From assembly GCA_050084985.1 (NCBI GenBank), contig JBITNC010000001.1, forward strand, positions 9,982,001 to 10,046,000: a DNA stretch of 64,000 nt, read 5' to 3'. The notes beneath the pieces are model-generated. The model was given only the letters and a program-made list of their open reading frames with translations. It did not search any database and was not told the origin of the DNA. Origin of the DNA: Nageia nagi. Taxonomy: Eukaryota > Plantae > Pinophyta. Positions 26,527-38,822 of the stretch are shown here, in pieces (position 1 is the stretch's first letter; every line of letters starts with the position of its first letter). The translations under genes were made by a program, and so were the position numbers.

Positions 26527-29500
26527 CTTCACCTTAATGCAATATTGGGATAGAGTGAATAAGAGAGAAAAAAGAGAGAAAGTAAGAGAGTTCTCCTCCA
26601 AACAAATACAATGAAGATGAGAAATTTTTACATATTTGTGAAGTAAGAAAGATATAATTTAAGACTCACTACTTTGCCAAATATAATTATTAATGATAAT
26701 TAGTTTCAATGTACATAAAGTATTCATCCAAATACAAGTCATGAATAGTCTCCACAAGTTTGCATACTCGAAGTAAGTAACCTACAATCTTAAGAGAATT
26801 GGCAAGTAAAAAGTAGCTCAAACAACAAGATCAGTTAGATGCAACATGATCATATCAATAAGAATAGATGTATCAAACAATGCCATCATAAATTGATTAA
26901 TGGTTCATTATAAGTCATCACAAAGATACCAGGCCAAAACTCATAGTCACCTAATGTATACAAAATATGTGTTGATTATCATAACAAGTAAAGCAAAAAC
27001 AAATTGCACATACAAGTTCCTCACATATGGATAATTGAACAGTGCCAAAAGACACATAAGAGTTCCTTGCATATGGATAATTAAATAGTGCTAGATTGGC
27101 CAATTTTTTACTCTAAAAAATTTGTACAAGTTCCTCAAGCAGAGCAAACTTACCATGAAGGTGTACAATAAAATCAAAACTATACAACATAAAATCTTTT
27201 TAGGGGTGAAGTTGTCATCACAAAAAATGAATTTAACATAAGAATTCAAAATTCACTTCCCCTTGAGAGTAACTTCACCAACCCAACTGCATTCTTAAGC
27301 TAACAAAATTGAGCTTCAGAAAGGGGTTTGGTGAATAAATTAACAAAGTTCAAAGTGGATGGAAAATACTCCAAGTGTATAATGCCATCAAGAACCTTCT
27401 CCCTAATAAAATAGACCTAGATTTTCACATGTTTTATTCTTTGATGGAACATAGGATTCTTAGCCAAAGAAATAGCTAACTTACTATCTAAAAAAATCAA
27501 AAATGAGTCAGCTTGCTCATACCCAATTTTTTTCAAAAGATACCTTAGCCAAATAGCTTCTTGGGCTGTAACAAACATGGCATGGTATTTAAATTTTATT
27601 ATGGAAAGAGAAATAATGGACTACTTCTTGAAAGCTCAAAATATAGCACTTGAACAAATGCTAAACACATATGTAGAGGTTCATTTCCTATCATCTCTAT
27701 CTCCTCCATAGTCAAAATTTAAGAATCCAAAGAGAACAAATGAGGGTAACTTAGAATACTTGAGAGCAAGATCCTTAATCCCTACAACATACCTCAAAAT
27801 TTGCTTAATAGCATTGAGATGCTCAACATATGATTTCTAAATAAATTATACCGTTAGATTCATGCAAAGGTAATATTAGCTTGGATAAAATAAAAATACT
27901 ACCAATTAATTACCTATAAGTTGTAGCATCACCAACTAAGAGTTGAGCTTAGAGAAATAGTGATTCTAGGAGAGACTAGAATCATAGCATATCTACACTC
28001 CTCCATTCTAAACTTCATAAGATATTTGATATATATTAGATTGATTGAGTTAAGTACAATCTTTGTATTGATACACTTGCATTCAAGATAGTAGTGCAAG
28101 ATACCAAATCAGCCATTTTAAATATATCTTAAATTAAATATGCACTCTTGAATGATTTCATCATTATTTTTAGTAATCAAAAGATCATCCACATAAAGGA
28201 ATCATACCATGTCTTTTCTTGATTAGGCACATATAGATCAAATCAAAAAAATACTTGAAGAATTCAATATCTACAAAGTATCTAAAAATCTTCCTATACC
28301 AAGCTCTAAGTCTTACTTAAGTTCATATAATGACTTCTTTATCTTTCACATAAAGAACTTTTACCTTCCATAATGAACCCTTCTGATCAATTCATGAAGA
28401 TTTTCACATCAAAGTTCACCATTAAGAAATGCACTCTTGAAATCAAGTTGAAAACTATCTTCTTAAACTATAGAAAGAGCAAGATAATTCTTATAGTAGG
28501 CATCTTTTCCATGGAGCAAAGGTTTCTTATAATCTACATCGTATTTTTGAGCAAAACCTTTGGCTACTAATTTGCTTGTATTCTCAATATCTCTAATAGA
28601 ATTATACTTAACCTATAGATCCATTTATTACCAATCATATTTTTTCATGGGATAGGAACAATCCAAGTTTCATTTTTCATAAATATCTTATACTCCATTT
28701 TATGGCTCCATCTAGCAATTGTGCTTTGAAGTTTCTTTGAAGGATGAAGCTCATGCTTGTTGTTAATCTTGCAAATAAAGATTTGTTTAAGGTCAAAATT
28801 CTTGTTTAACTTTGTGTTGAAGAGTTTTATTCCTGAAGTGATTTATCTATATCAATATCCAACCATCTTAGAGCAATTGATGAGTCATAATCATCAACAT
28901 TTTCATTAGAAGTAAATTATTCAAGAAATTCATTGAACTTTACATCTCTTGAAATAAACATAACTTTGTAGAATGGAGAGTAGATCTTGTAGCCTCTATG
29001 CTAACTGTCATAACCCATAAAGATACATTTTTCAACTCTTTTATCTAACTTTTTCCTTTTCTTAGAAATAATGTAAGAGAATGCTTCATAACCAAAAACT
29101 CTAAGGTGATAAATGTTAGGTTTTCTTTCTGACCATGCTTAAAAAGGAGTTTTACTTTAAATCACTTTTATAGGACACCTATTCAAAGTGTAAATAGCAA
29201 TGCTCACAGCTTCACCACATAAGAAACTAAAAAGATTACCCAACATGCATCTAGCCATTTTATAATTATTTTATTTTTTTTTTCAACAAAACTATTTTTT
29301 TGAAGAGTGTAAGGAATCATAAACTACCTCTTAATTCTATACTTAGCATAATATTCATTGAAGTCATTGCTATTGTATTCTCCTCCATTATCTAATCTCA
29401 ACATTTTGATCTTAAGGTTAGTTTGATTCTCAACAAAGGACTTAAAATCCTTAAAACTCTCAAATATTTGATTCTTGTGCTCAAGATGTTAGCCAAAAGT

Positions 29501-32014
29501 CATCCTATTAAAATAATTGATGAAGGTCAAGATGTAAGATGCTCCTTCAAGCGACTTAGTCTGAAATGGACCCATCAAATTTGAATGCACAAATTGAAGA
29601 GGTTGAGATGTTCTTGTTGCCTTATCTTTTTCAAACTTTTGTCTATGCATCTTACCAAGAATACACTTCTCACATAAACCAACCGAAGAAGAAATTGAAG
29701 GTAAACTTTTCACAAGTTCTTGATCTTTTATAAATTGAATACTCTTTTGATTAAGGTGCCCTAGAAGTTGGTGCTAAAGATTGCCTTTAGAACATACATT
29801 TGTAGTAAGAAAAATCTTTGTTAGAACTTGATCCATAAATAGATATCATCTTTCATTGACCCTTTAACCAATATGGCAAGTTATTTCTTAATGCACCAAG
29901 ATTAAGAGTTGAACTCAAATGACTACCCTTTTCTAACAACTTGGATCATAGAGAAAAGCTTCATCCTAAGCTTAGAAACATAAAGTGTATTATCAAGAAT
30001 ATTTCTATGAATTAATACACTCTTAATTCCTTGGACTTCAAGAATAGAGTTATCATATATCACAACCACATCTTTTTTATACTTATGAAAGTTCTCAAAC
30101 TTCTCTTTCAAAACATAGGTGATTAGAGCAACCAAAGTCAACAATCTAATGAGATGAAAAAGTGCAAGACATGGAGTAGAGCATCATAGCAAAACCAGCT
30201 TAAATTTTCTTCTTTTCATTAAAGTTCTTTACATTTCCATTACTTTTTTTCTTTTATTCTTTTTTCTTTTTATATAAATCAACTTCTTTATGACCTTGGA
30301 TGCCATAATAGTTACAATTTTTATCAAATTTTGCCCTAAGATTTGGATTGTTTACTTTGCATTTTCCATCTCTTTGCTTGAAATGGTTTTTGTTGCCATT
30401 ATTCTTGCTATTATTGATGTTGTTACTATTATTACCATTACTTATTATTTTAAACCTTTTGGAAGAAAAAAATAAGATTTATTATGAAGATTGAACTTCT
30501 TATTGAAAGGAGTTTTGGTTACTCCAAGAGCAACATTATTATCCTTAGAAGAAAAAATCAACACCTTTTTGTTAAGATTTTTTCATGCTTCAAAAAGATC
30601 CTAGAAAGATTCTTAAGGGTGAATACTTCTTCTTATTCTTCATCAAGCTTAGTCTCAATTACCATCATAAAGTTGCCAAACTTTGAAGAAAAGATTTGAA
30701 GAATGATGTAGACCATAAACTCATCATTGATCTAACTACACCCATAAGCAACAAGTTGGGTCCTAAGTTAAATGATTTTATTTAAGTAGACAACAACATT
30801 TTCATCTTCCTCTTGATGATATTGAAGTAAATTTATAGAATGGTAAACTTTTTTAAAAACTTTAAACCAAGGTAGATTTGCTTAAGTTTATCCCAAGTTT
30901 TATTTACTAAAATTGAACAGAAAATCATTAAGAGCACATCATTTGAAATCACAAAAAATCATAAAGGTTTTCGACTCATTATTCGTATTGTAATCTTCTA
31001 GTTCCTTCTCATTTGTAGAAGGTACAAGGTTCTCATTCACTATTTATCAAAGATTCCTTACCTGCAACTCAGCTCTCATTCAAAGTTCTCAAATTCCAAA
31101 GTTAGAACCATCAAGAATGTGTTTGGGTAAAAAGGAGTCTCCCATTTGCTACATAATAATGTGAAAAATAATAAGCATATGGTTCAATAAACAACATTAT
31201 ATGTTAAGTTTTAACCAAGTAATACATGTTACATTTAATTAACTAAGACATGATTGATTAGATTCACTAGTGCAAATATTTTACAATTCAAATAATAACC
31301 CATGTACCCAAATACATTTCTCATCTCAAGAATTGTACATGTAGAGTGACATTATTGAGGATTATTTTCTTATCTAAAATCAAGCCTTCACCTGGATGCC
31401 TGCACAAGAGGAGCCCAAGTGCTACCAATTCACCTTGGTCAATATTATACTTTTTCACAAGGAAGTATCTACTATTTTCTAAGGTTATGATGTTTATTGG
31501 ATCAACCAAATTATTAATCTTGATTAAGTTTCAATTTGTCCTCCTAGGTTATCAGGATAATCCTTGAATGGATGTGCAAACATGTGGTATCACTACACAC
31601 ATGCCTATCCACCTATTGGAGTTATGTCCAGACCAACAGAGGACTTAAGGCCAATTGAGAAGTATGAACTTTTTACCATTTGGATCATCAAACTTAAAGG
31701 CTCCAATTTGCCTATCCTCACCTCATGGATCCCCAAATAAGTCATGTTGCAGAATGTATGTGTGGATGTGTTCATTTTAGGGGGTTGCTCATTTCAATGT
31801 TTGCATTTTTATTTGTATAAAAAAATAAATCAAAATTCAAAATATGAAGTAAAAGAACGTAAGTAAAAATATCATCTATTCAAGATTTGAAATCTAAATG
31901 TCTAATGGGTTTTGTTTACCAACCCCTAAAGGACATCTTTACATCATTCCTAATTTTGCATAAGTCAATTTTACATAAGAAAGTAAATTGCATTATAACT
32001 TAAAATTTTTAAGT

Positions 32015-32250
32015 AATAAGCATGCATCATTGACTTAAAAAATTTAATTCCTAAGCATGCATTATTAACTTAAAAAAAATTAAGCACTAAGCACAAGCAT
32101 GCATCATTTTAATTTAAAAGTTTAAGTACTTAGCATAAGTCCTAATCATAAGCATGCATTATAAAAATTTTAAGTTCTAAAACATGCATCATTACTCAAT
32201 TTGCATTTATATATCTATTTGCAAAAACAATACTTAGCATGCATTATTCA
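32015..32250. repeat. Degenerate ~35-55 bp tandem repeat with six CATGCA cores in the Copia C leader
   Basis: CATGCA at 32021, 32056, 32098, 32153, 32183 and 32238, most followed by an AT-rich ..AAAA..TTAAG spacer. Confidence 0.8.
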
Positions 32251-33832
32251 ACAATATATAGAAATGCAAAATTTTATCTAACATGCTATAAAAAAAATAA
32301 AAGAAGTATAAATTCCCCCCTTTTTACTTAAAGTTCTATCCCTAAAGATAGCTTACAATTTTAACTTAATAGTTACAAAGATACTTGTATAAAAAAAATT
32401 AGCTTTTAAGTATGTAACCATTCTAATATACAAAGCAATTTCCCTTTTACTTAAAAAAATGCTAATAAAATGGTATTCCTCCCCTTAGGCAACATGAAAA
32501 AAAATTACCTTTAAAAGTGTCAAGTTTACTAATATTGATCATTTTGCCTAAGTAAATGTCATACTTAGAATTATTTATTAAGGAAAATTAAAATTATATT
32601 CCAAAAGAAATGCCTTTATTTGCTACATTTTTTTAAAAAGTAAGATAGCATTTTAAAAGTAATGATGTATTTTTTACCATCTACATACTCTAAAGCATCA
32701 TCATTGCAAATCTTTAAAGAGTATAAGTACTTCTAAATGCATTTAGTAAAAAAAGGCTTGTAAGTAAGTAAAAATCAAGTATACGTTTATAATAAATTAA
32801 TGCTCTAAAGAAGAAGACTTGCAAGTAAAGGCAAATTAAATGCCCAACAACTATTTGGTCATTTTAAACAAAATTGGAGAGGGAGTTAAAGGTAAATAAT
32901 AAATCTATCAACAAGAAATAAAGTGAGTACCCCTCTTTTGAATAACAACAAAAAAATGATAGCATGGAGGTTGCGCAAAGTAAATGGAGGAGGGAGGACT
33001 CTGTAGTATGCATGACAAAAAATGTCAAAGGGTGACATAAGGTCATAAACAATGATGGCCAGGAAGGTTGATGAGTTCATGAGGTTGTGATGATGTAGTA
33101 AGGGAGCCGAAAAAGGGCGATGACTAACTGAGGAAGGAGAGGGTGGTAGATGCCTATGAGGAGAGGGGGTCATGGAGCTATGGCTATGCCAACAACTAGC
33201 AAATAAAGGGAAAGAAAGGACAATGAGTTAGGGCTGCATCGATGAGGGGGCAAAGTAGAGAGGAGGTGGTTGGTTGAGTGGCACCTAGGAGGTGACCAGT
33301 TAGGGAGGAGTTTGAGTGGTGCAAGTGGTAGAGAGCTAGGTTTTAAACCTCCAAAAGGAGAGGGCACTAGCCACCCAAAAGCTTTCAAGACATAATGTAA
33401 AATTAAAAAATGTATTAAATTCAATTCTTTCTCCCCCCACCCTCTTTTTGTTTTACAAACCCTTTGATAAAAAAATAAACCTCCAAATTAAATATATGCA
33501 AAATTATAGCAATACAAAAAGCACTTTTAAACTTATAGCTAACAATAGAAAAAAAATTAGTATAAGTTAACAAAATAAATTGCTTCATAATATATTGCTC
33601 TTTAAAAATTTTATCACATATATAAGAGAGAACTAATATAATACAAAATATGTTAGTAACATTAGTTAAATATGCTAAAAAAGATAAAAAAAAAATTAAG
33701 GAGATTGTTTGTAGGAGGTTATACCTTATCTTGAATTTTACCTCAACCATGAAATGAAGAGATGAACACTAAGAAGAAGAGTTTTCACACCAAGGATGTG
33801 AAAATGAGCTTCCAAGTAGCTTTGATGCCAAA

Positions 33833-34328
33833 TGAGAGAGAACTATTACATAAGCAACTCTAAACTTCCAAGATCACATGAAAGCTCACAAATCACATCT
33901 AAATAACTCACAAAGCAATCTCATAAAGATAACTCTAGATGTAAGTGGTTCCTCCAACTAGAAGTACATCCACTAACTAGATCTCATTTCGTTCACAAAT
34001 ATGAACTCTTGCAATCCTTCTAAACTCATCTCTTAAACACTATTCTCTAACATAACTTTACTCCACAAATTGGTTTTTGATCTAAAGAGGGAGCCTTCTA
34101 TTTATAGGTCAAAATCCCTCTTTAGATCACCCTTTTACCCAATGTACAAAAGCATGACATGCACATCTTTTTACCCAAGGGGCATGCTCATGACATGGAG
34201 TGTAGGACAAGTTACATTATCATATTCACTTAAATACTTAAGGTATCAAATGATACCCTTAAGTATTAGTGAACTTGCATAGAAGATTATTACAAAACCT
34301 TTACAATAATGCATTATACATTCTAACA
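33833..34328 (-). repeat. 5' LTR of Copia C
   Basis: Adjacent to the PBS; matches 26043-26526. Confidence 0.93.
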
Positions 34329-37300
34329 TCTTTCCCAAGATGTAATTTTCACAAAGGCCAATCGAGGATGAAATAGGAGGCAATCCTTTCACAAGATCTT
34401 GATCCTTCATGAGTTGAATACTCTTTTAGTTTAGGTGGCCTAAATGTTGATTCCAAAGGTTTCCTTTAGAATAAACATTTTAGACAAGGCACAACTTAGA
34501 AGGTACTTGATCAACTATGAAAAGGTCATTCTTAATTGATCCTTTTATCAAGGTGGCAAACCCTTTTCTTAAACTCCAAGAGTTCGAAGTGAACTCAAAG
34601 GTATTTTCCTTTCTTGCAATTTGAATAACTTATAAAAGATTCATTCCTAACTTAGGCACAAAGAGCATATTTTTAATCACCTTCCCATGCATCAAGATGT
34701 TTCCAATCCCTACGACTTATAGCATAGAGTTATCACCAATTACTATTACATCCTTCCTATGTTTACATAAGTTTTCAAACTTAATCCTTTCAAAACTCAT
34801 ATGATTAGTGCAACCTGAATCTACAACCCAATCATTTGTAAACGTATGAGAAGCACCATTCTTATTCTTCTTTCGTTTGAAGTTGTTCACATTATCTTTG
34901 CCTTTGTCATTTTTCACCCTCTTTTTCTTGAAGCAATGATTCTCTTTGTGACCATAGATACTACAAAAGTTACAATTTCCACCAAACTTTTTCTTAGGCA
35001 CATGAGGTTTGTTTGATTTTTTTTTATGATCATGATGATTATTATCATACTTCTTTGTATTTCTATTAGGATGAGTATGAGGGGTCTTCTTGTGATTTAT
35101 GTACTTCTTCTTGAAGTGAGTTTCCTTAGTTACACCTAAAGAAATATTTTTCTCCTTTAGGGAAGAAATCAGCACTTTCTTGTTGATGGTTTCTTCATGC
35201 TTTAAGAGGAGTCTAGAAAGATTCTCAAGAGAGAAGACTTCCTCTTCATCATCAAGCCTAGTCTCAATAATAGTCATGAAGTGACTAAACTTGGTTGAGA
35301 GGATTTGTAAGATGATGAACATCATAAATTCATCATTTATCCAATTACACCCATAAATCACAAGCTATATCCTAAGATCAACATTCTTATTCAAGTAGAT
35401 TGCCACACTTTCATCATTCTCTTAGCGAGATTCAAGAGTTTTTGAAGTATGGTAAATCATCTTGAAAATTTAGACCCAAGGTAAATCTTCTTAAGCCTAT
35501 CCCAAGCTCCTTTGACGAATGTTGAGGTCAAAATCATGAGAAAAACTTCATCTAAAACTTCCCTAAAGATCATAAAATTTGTTAACTCATTCTTGTTGTT
35601 CTAGACCTCCAGTGCTTTAGCTTCTGTTGGAGCAACTTGATTCTCACTCACTATTTTCCAAAGTTTGCATGCCTGAAGTTTTGTTTTCATCCTTGGTTCT
35701 CAAATACCATAATTGGAACCATCAAGGATATGGTTAGATGAGAAGGAATCTCCCATTTCTGCAAAAAAAAAGGTTAATTTATTAAAGCATAAGAAGCATC
35801 AACATGTGATTTTCTAAACACAATTACAAGTAGTAAAAAAATTATACAAACATGTTACTAACCATTAAGTATCTAACTATCATAACATTTGCACGTAATT
35901 AATATAAACTAATCATAATTAATATAAACTAATCATATTTAATATTGTTACAATTGAAGGGAACTTATACGAATTTTTAAAAAATGACAAGTTGTAGGTT
36001 AGTTGTATTGTAGTTAGTAAATTAGTTTTAGAAGATTGTAAGTCATACTAGTGCACTTTGTTTAACTTTAAGTAGATGAAAGTTAGTAAATTCTAATCTA
36101 CTATTGTAGTTGGTTAGTATTTGAAGTTAGTGCACATTTTACTATTGACTTAACTTAATTTGAGCATTTGTGAATTGTTTTAACCACACAAAAAAAGGAA
36201 CCACACACAACAAGGGGTTAGTATCTTCCTTAGATTTGGGTTAGTTACAAATCAAGGCTCTCATAGCTTTCCAATATGTTCAATGTTAACACAAGTCTTA
36301 ACAACTTATTACGCCGAGAGGCGTTTCTACAGCTGCAGCATGGGGGTAGAGTGGGAGAGCAAAATGTCGCATGTGAGTCCGTCCGTTAAACAATTGACGG
36401 GAAAATAATTTTTTTAAAATTAAAATTATATAACCAACTGAAATATTAAATTACGCAAGCTATTGATATAGACTTTAATTAAAAACATTTTAACCTCGCT
36501 TAGGCATTTTTTTTCAATGTTGGGTGACTGTATTCTCTTTTGCTACCATCCTTAAAATCTCCTCTACTGTATCGTGTATAGGCGACAGATGGGGCATTGT
36601 CCGTGTCATTCTGAGATTCTGTCTGTATTTTTTATTTCCAGCCTCTCTATTCTTAGCTTTGCTTTAGATTCCATCTGTATTATCTTTTACAACCATCATT
36701 GTATTAATTACTTAGCCTTTATTACTTCACTCAATTTTCACATAATTGAAATGTGAGCTTTGTTCAGTCCCTTTGTATGTTGTGGTTGCTTAGTCATGCC
36801 GTTCATGGGGATGTATTTTTCAATGGCATAAACTTAAGTCTTCTCTTACATTGATATTATCATTATTATATAGTAGTGTGTTGTGAAGCGTAGAATCCAC
36901 CGAGTATTATCCCGCACAGAGGCATATTCTCCATGAAGAACATGCCGTTCACATATCGACCAAGTTTAATGCCGACCAGAGGCATATCCTTCATTAAAAA
37001 CATATTGTACAATACGGAATTCAAATATAATTTGCGTCGTTCTGGACAGGGCTTCATGCCCTTTTTTCGATTTATTCAGGAATCAGGTCCAACCCAGTAC
37101 GGCCCTTAGTGGCACGGAGATCCCTAAAAAGCATTGAGAACGCGGAGATCCCAAAACGCATTGTTTTTCCTCCAAATATAATTTTTCCAGTAGAAGAACG
37201 CATAAACCAGTAGATTCCTGGGCAGACCCCACACTAGCTCCAATCCTTTGATCTCTTACAAGAAAAGTAAATGCTTGAGCTTGAAAGGCCTCTAACGGTT

Positions 37301-37379
37301 AAAAAATTATCTTTCATACTTGGATAATGCGATTCTCTGTTTGAAATCTACTTGTTATTTTTTCTATATTGCGATGTAG

Positions 37380-37675
37380 GTGGAAGTGAATGGTGAGAAC
37401 ACGGCACCTATCTACAAGTTCTTGAAATTAAGTAGAGGTGGGATTTTTGCTGAGGACATAAAATGAAACTTCTCCAAGTTTTTGGTTGATAAAGATGGAA
37501 ATGTATTTGAAAGATATGCTCCCACAACTTCTCCTCTGAATATTGAGGTACTTTCTTATCCATAATTTTTTTTGGCCAATACATTTGTTTTTCTCCACTA
37601 AATATTAAGGTACTGATCATTGCAGTTGTGTGCTTGCAGAAAGATATCAAGAAGCTCTTGGAAGTGGACTCCTGA
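37380..37675 (+). pseudogene. GPX: Glutathione peroxidase 3' fragment (penultimate exon 37380-37547, intron 37548-37639, last exon 37640-37675)
   Basis: AG|[55 protein letters not shown]|GT..AG|KDIKKLLEVDS*. The 168-nt exon is typical of plant GPX exon 5. Conserved Trp of WNF is TGA at 37464-66. No upstream GPX exons found in the window. Confidence 0.93.
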
Positions 37676-38031
37676 GAAAACAAATATCAAAACTCTTTTA
37701 CTATGCAATAAATCATCAGACGACACAGTTGGAAACTATGTAATCTCATACGTAAATAAAGGAGTTTCCAGTAGAAGTAGGTCCAACTCCAAGGCTTAGT
37801 TCATATGCGTATTTGAGATGATTCATGTATAGGTTGCATATGTTGCAACCGTTAAGTAAAAAATAAATATATATATAGAATGTATATGTGTTTTTAATTC
37901 TTATAATACGAAATGAAATTTAAATTAAGATTCAAATGTATAATTTTATAAAAAAAAAGTTAAATGTTATTGTGAACATTTAAAATAAATTAATAGTTAT
38001 TTATTAATTTTTGTGATGTTATTATTAATAA

Positions 38032-38189
38032 ACTAGCTTTGATATAACTCCTTATATATCAAAAAACGTTGAGAGATATCATTTCGAGGTGTCCATCTCA
38101 TTTCTTGGTATTGCTATATCCAAGATAGGCACCTCGAAATGATATCTCTCGGTGTTTTTTGATATATAAGGGGTTATATCAAAGCTAGT
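38032..38189. repeat. Long near-perfect inverted repeat (~62-bp stem); fold-back MITE or hairpin-RNA candidate
   Basis: ACTAGCTTTGATATAACTCCTTATATATCAAAAAACGTTGAGAGATATCATTTCGAGGTGTC pairs with GGCACCTCGAAATGATATCTCTCGGTGTTTTTTGATATATAAGGGGTTATATCAAAGCTAGT. Confidence 0.95.
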
Positions 38190-38796
38190 CATAAAATTAA
38201 GGTTAATTAATACCAACTTGCTTTAGAGAAGATTTAGTTCAAAAGGAAGAGCTATTTCTTCAAACATAAAAGCACTTAATTGCATTGTATAACGAGTTTG
38301 AAAGTGAAGCATGCAAGCTATGATTTCATTCCTTTGTCTCGCAAGCATTGTCCATTTTTGCATTTTGTCTTCATATTCTCTTCTCTTCATTTTCTTCCAA
38401 TGCTTGTTCACCTTCTTATCAAGTGCCTTCATTCTTGTAATAGGATGCTTTGCTTTAGAAGACACCATGAAAGAAACTATTTCCATTTTCAAAAAAAAAA
38501 AAAGTTAGATCAAGGAAATAATTGCATAAATCCATTGTTTTATTTCAAGTAATTAATAAATAAAGATTATTTTACCCTTCCTCCTTTTTAAAAAAAGGAT
38601 ACACTTAACATCCTCCTCTATTTTTTTTTTAAGTATACTTAATCTTTTCCATTAAAAATGGTCAAAATAATTCACCTTAAAAAAATAAGAAAAGAAAAGA
38701 AATAAATAAATAACTTTAATTTTAAAAAAATAAAGATAAAATTTTTAAAAGAACTCAAAAAAAAATCCCTTGTTTAAAGATCTTCTATTCTAATTA

Positions 38797-38822
38797 ATAT
38801 ATATATATATATATATATATAT
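38797..38822. repeat. (AT)13 microsatellite
   Basis: Read directly from the sequence. Confidence 0.95.

Larger units (their letters stand above)
26043..34328 (-). mobile_element. Ty1/Copia retrotransposon C (8.3 kb, related to B), nested in B's GAG-pre-integrase region
   Basis: LTRs 26043-26526 and 33833-34328 (TG..CA, one ~13-bp indel), decayed PBS TGGCATCAAAGC at 33819-33830, PPT after 26526, imperfect TSD TCATT/TCTTT, decayed gag-pol ~27260-31145. Confidence 0.93.

Noticed and set aside
33421-33750. 109-aa hydrophobic ORF as an env-like or membrane gene
   Set aside because: T-rich low-complexity leader sequence gives F/I/L-rich translations by composition alone.
36311-36324. ACGCC-GAGA-GGCGT hairpin as a Helitron 3' end
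   Set aside because: No CTRR at the expected distance on either strand, and the stem is too short to be significant.
37464-37466. In-frame TGA in a GPX exon as selenocysteine
   Set aside because: It falls at the conserved Trp of WNF, not the catalytic Cys/Sec position. Land-plant GPXs use Cys, and TGG>TGA fits the local G>A decay.
38223-38492. 89-aa minus-strand ORF in the captured block
   Set aside because: No recognisable domain or splice structure; cannot be supported without a search.
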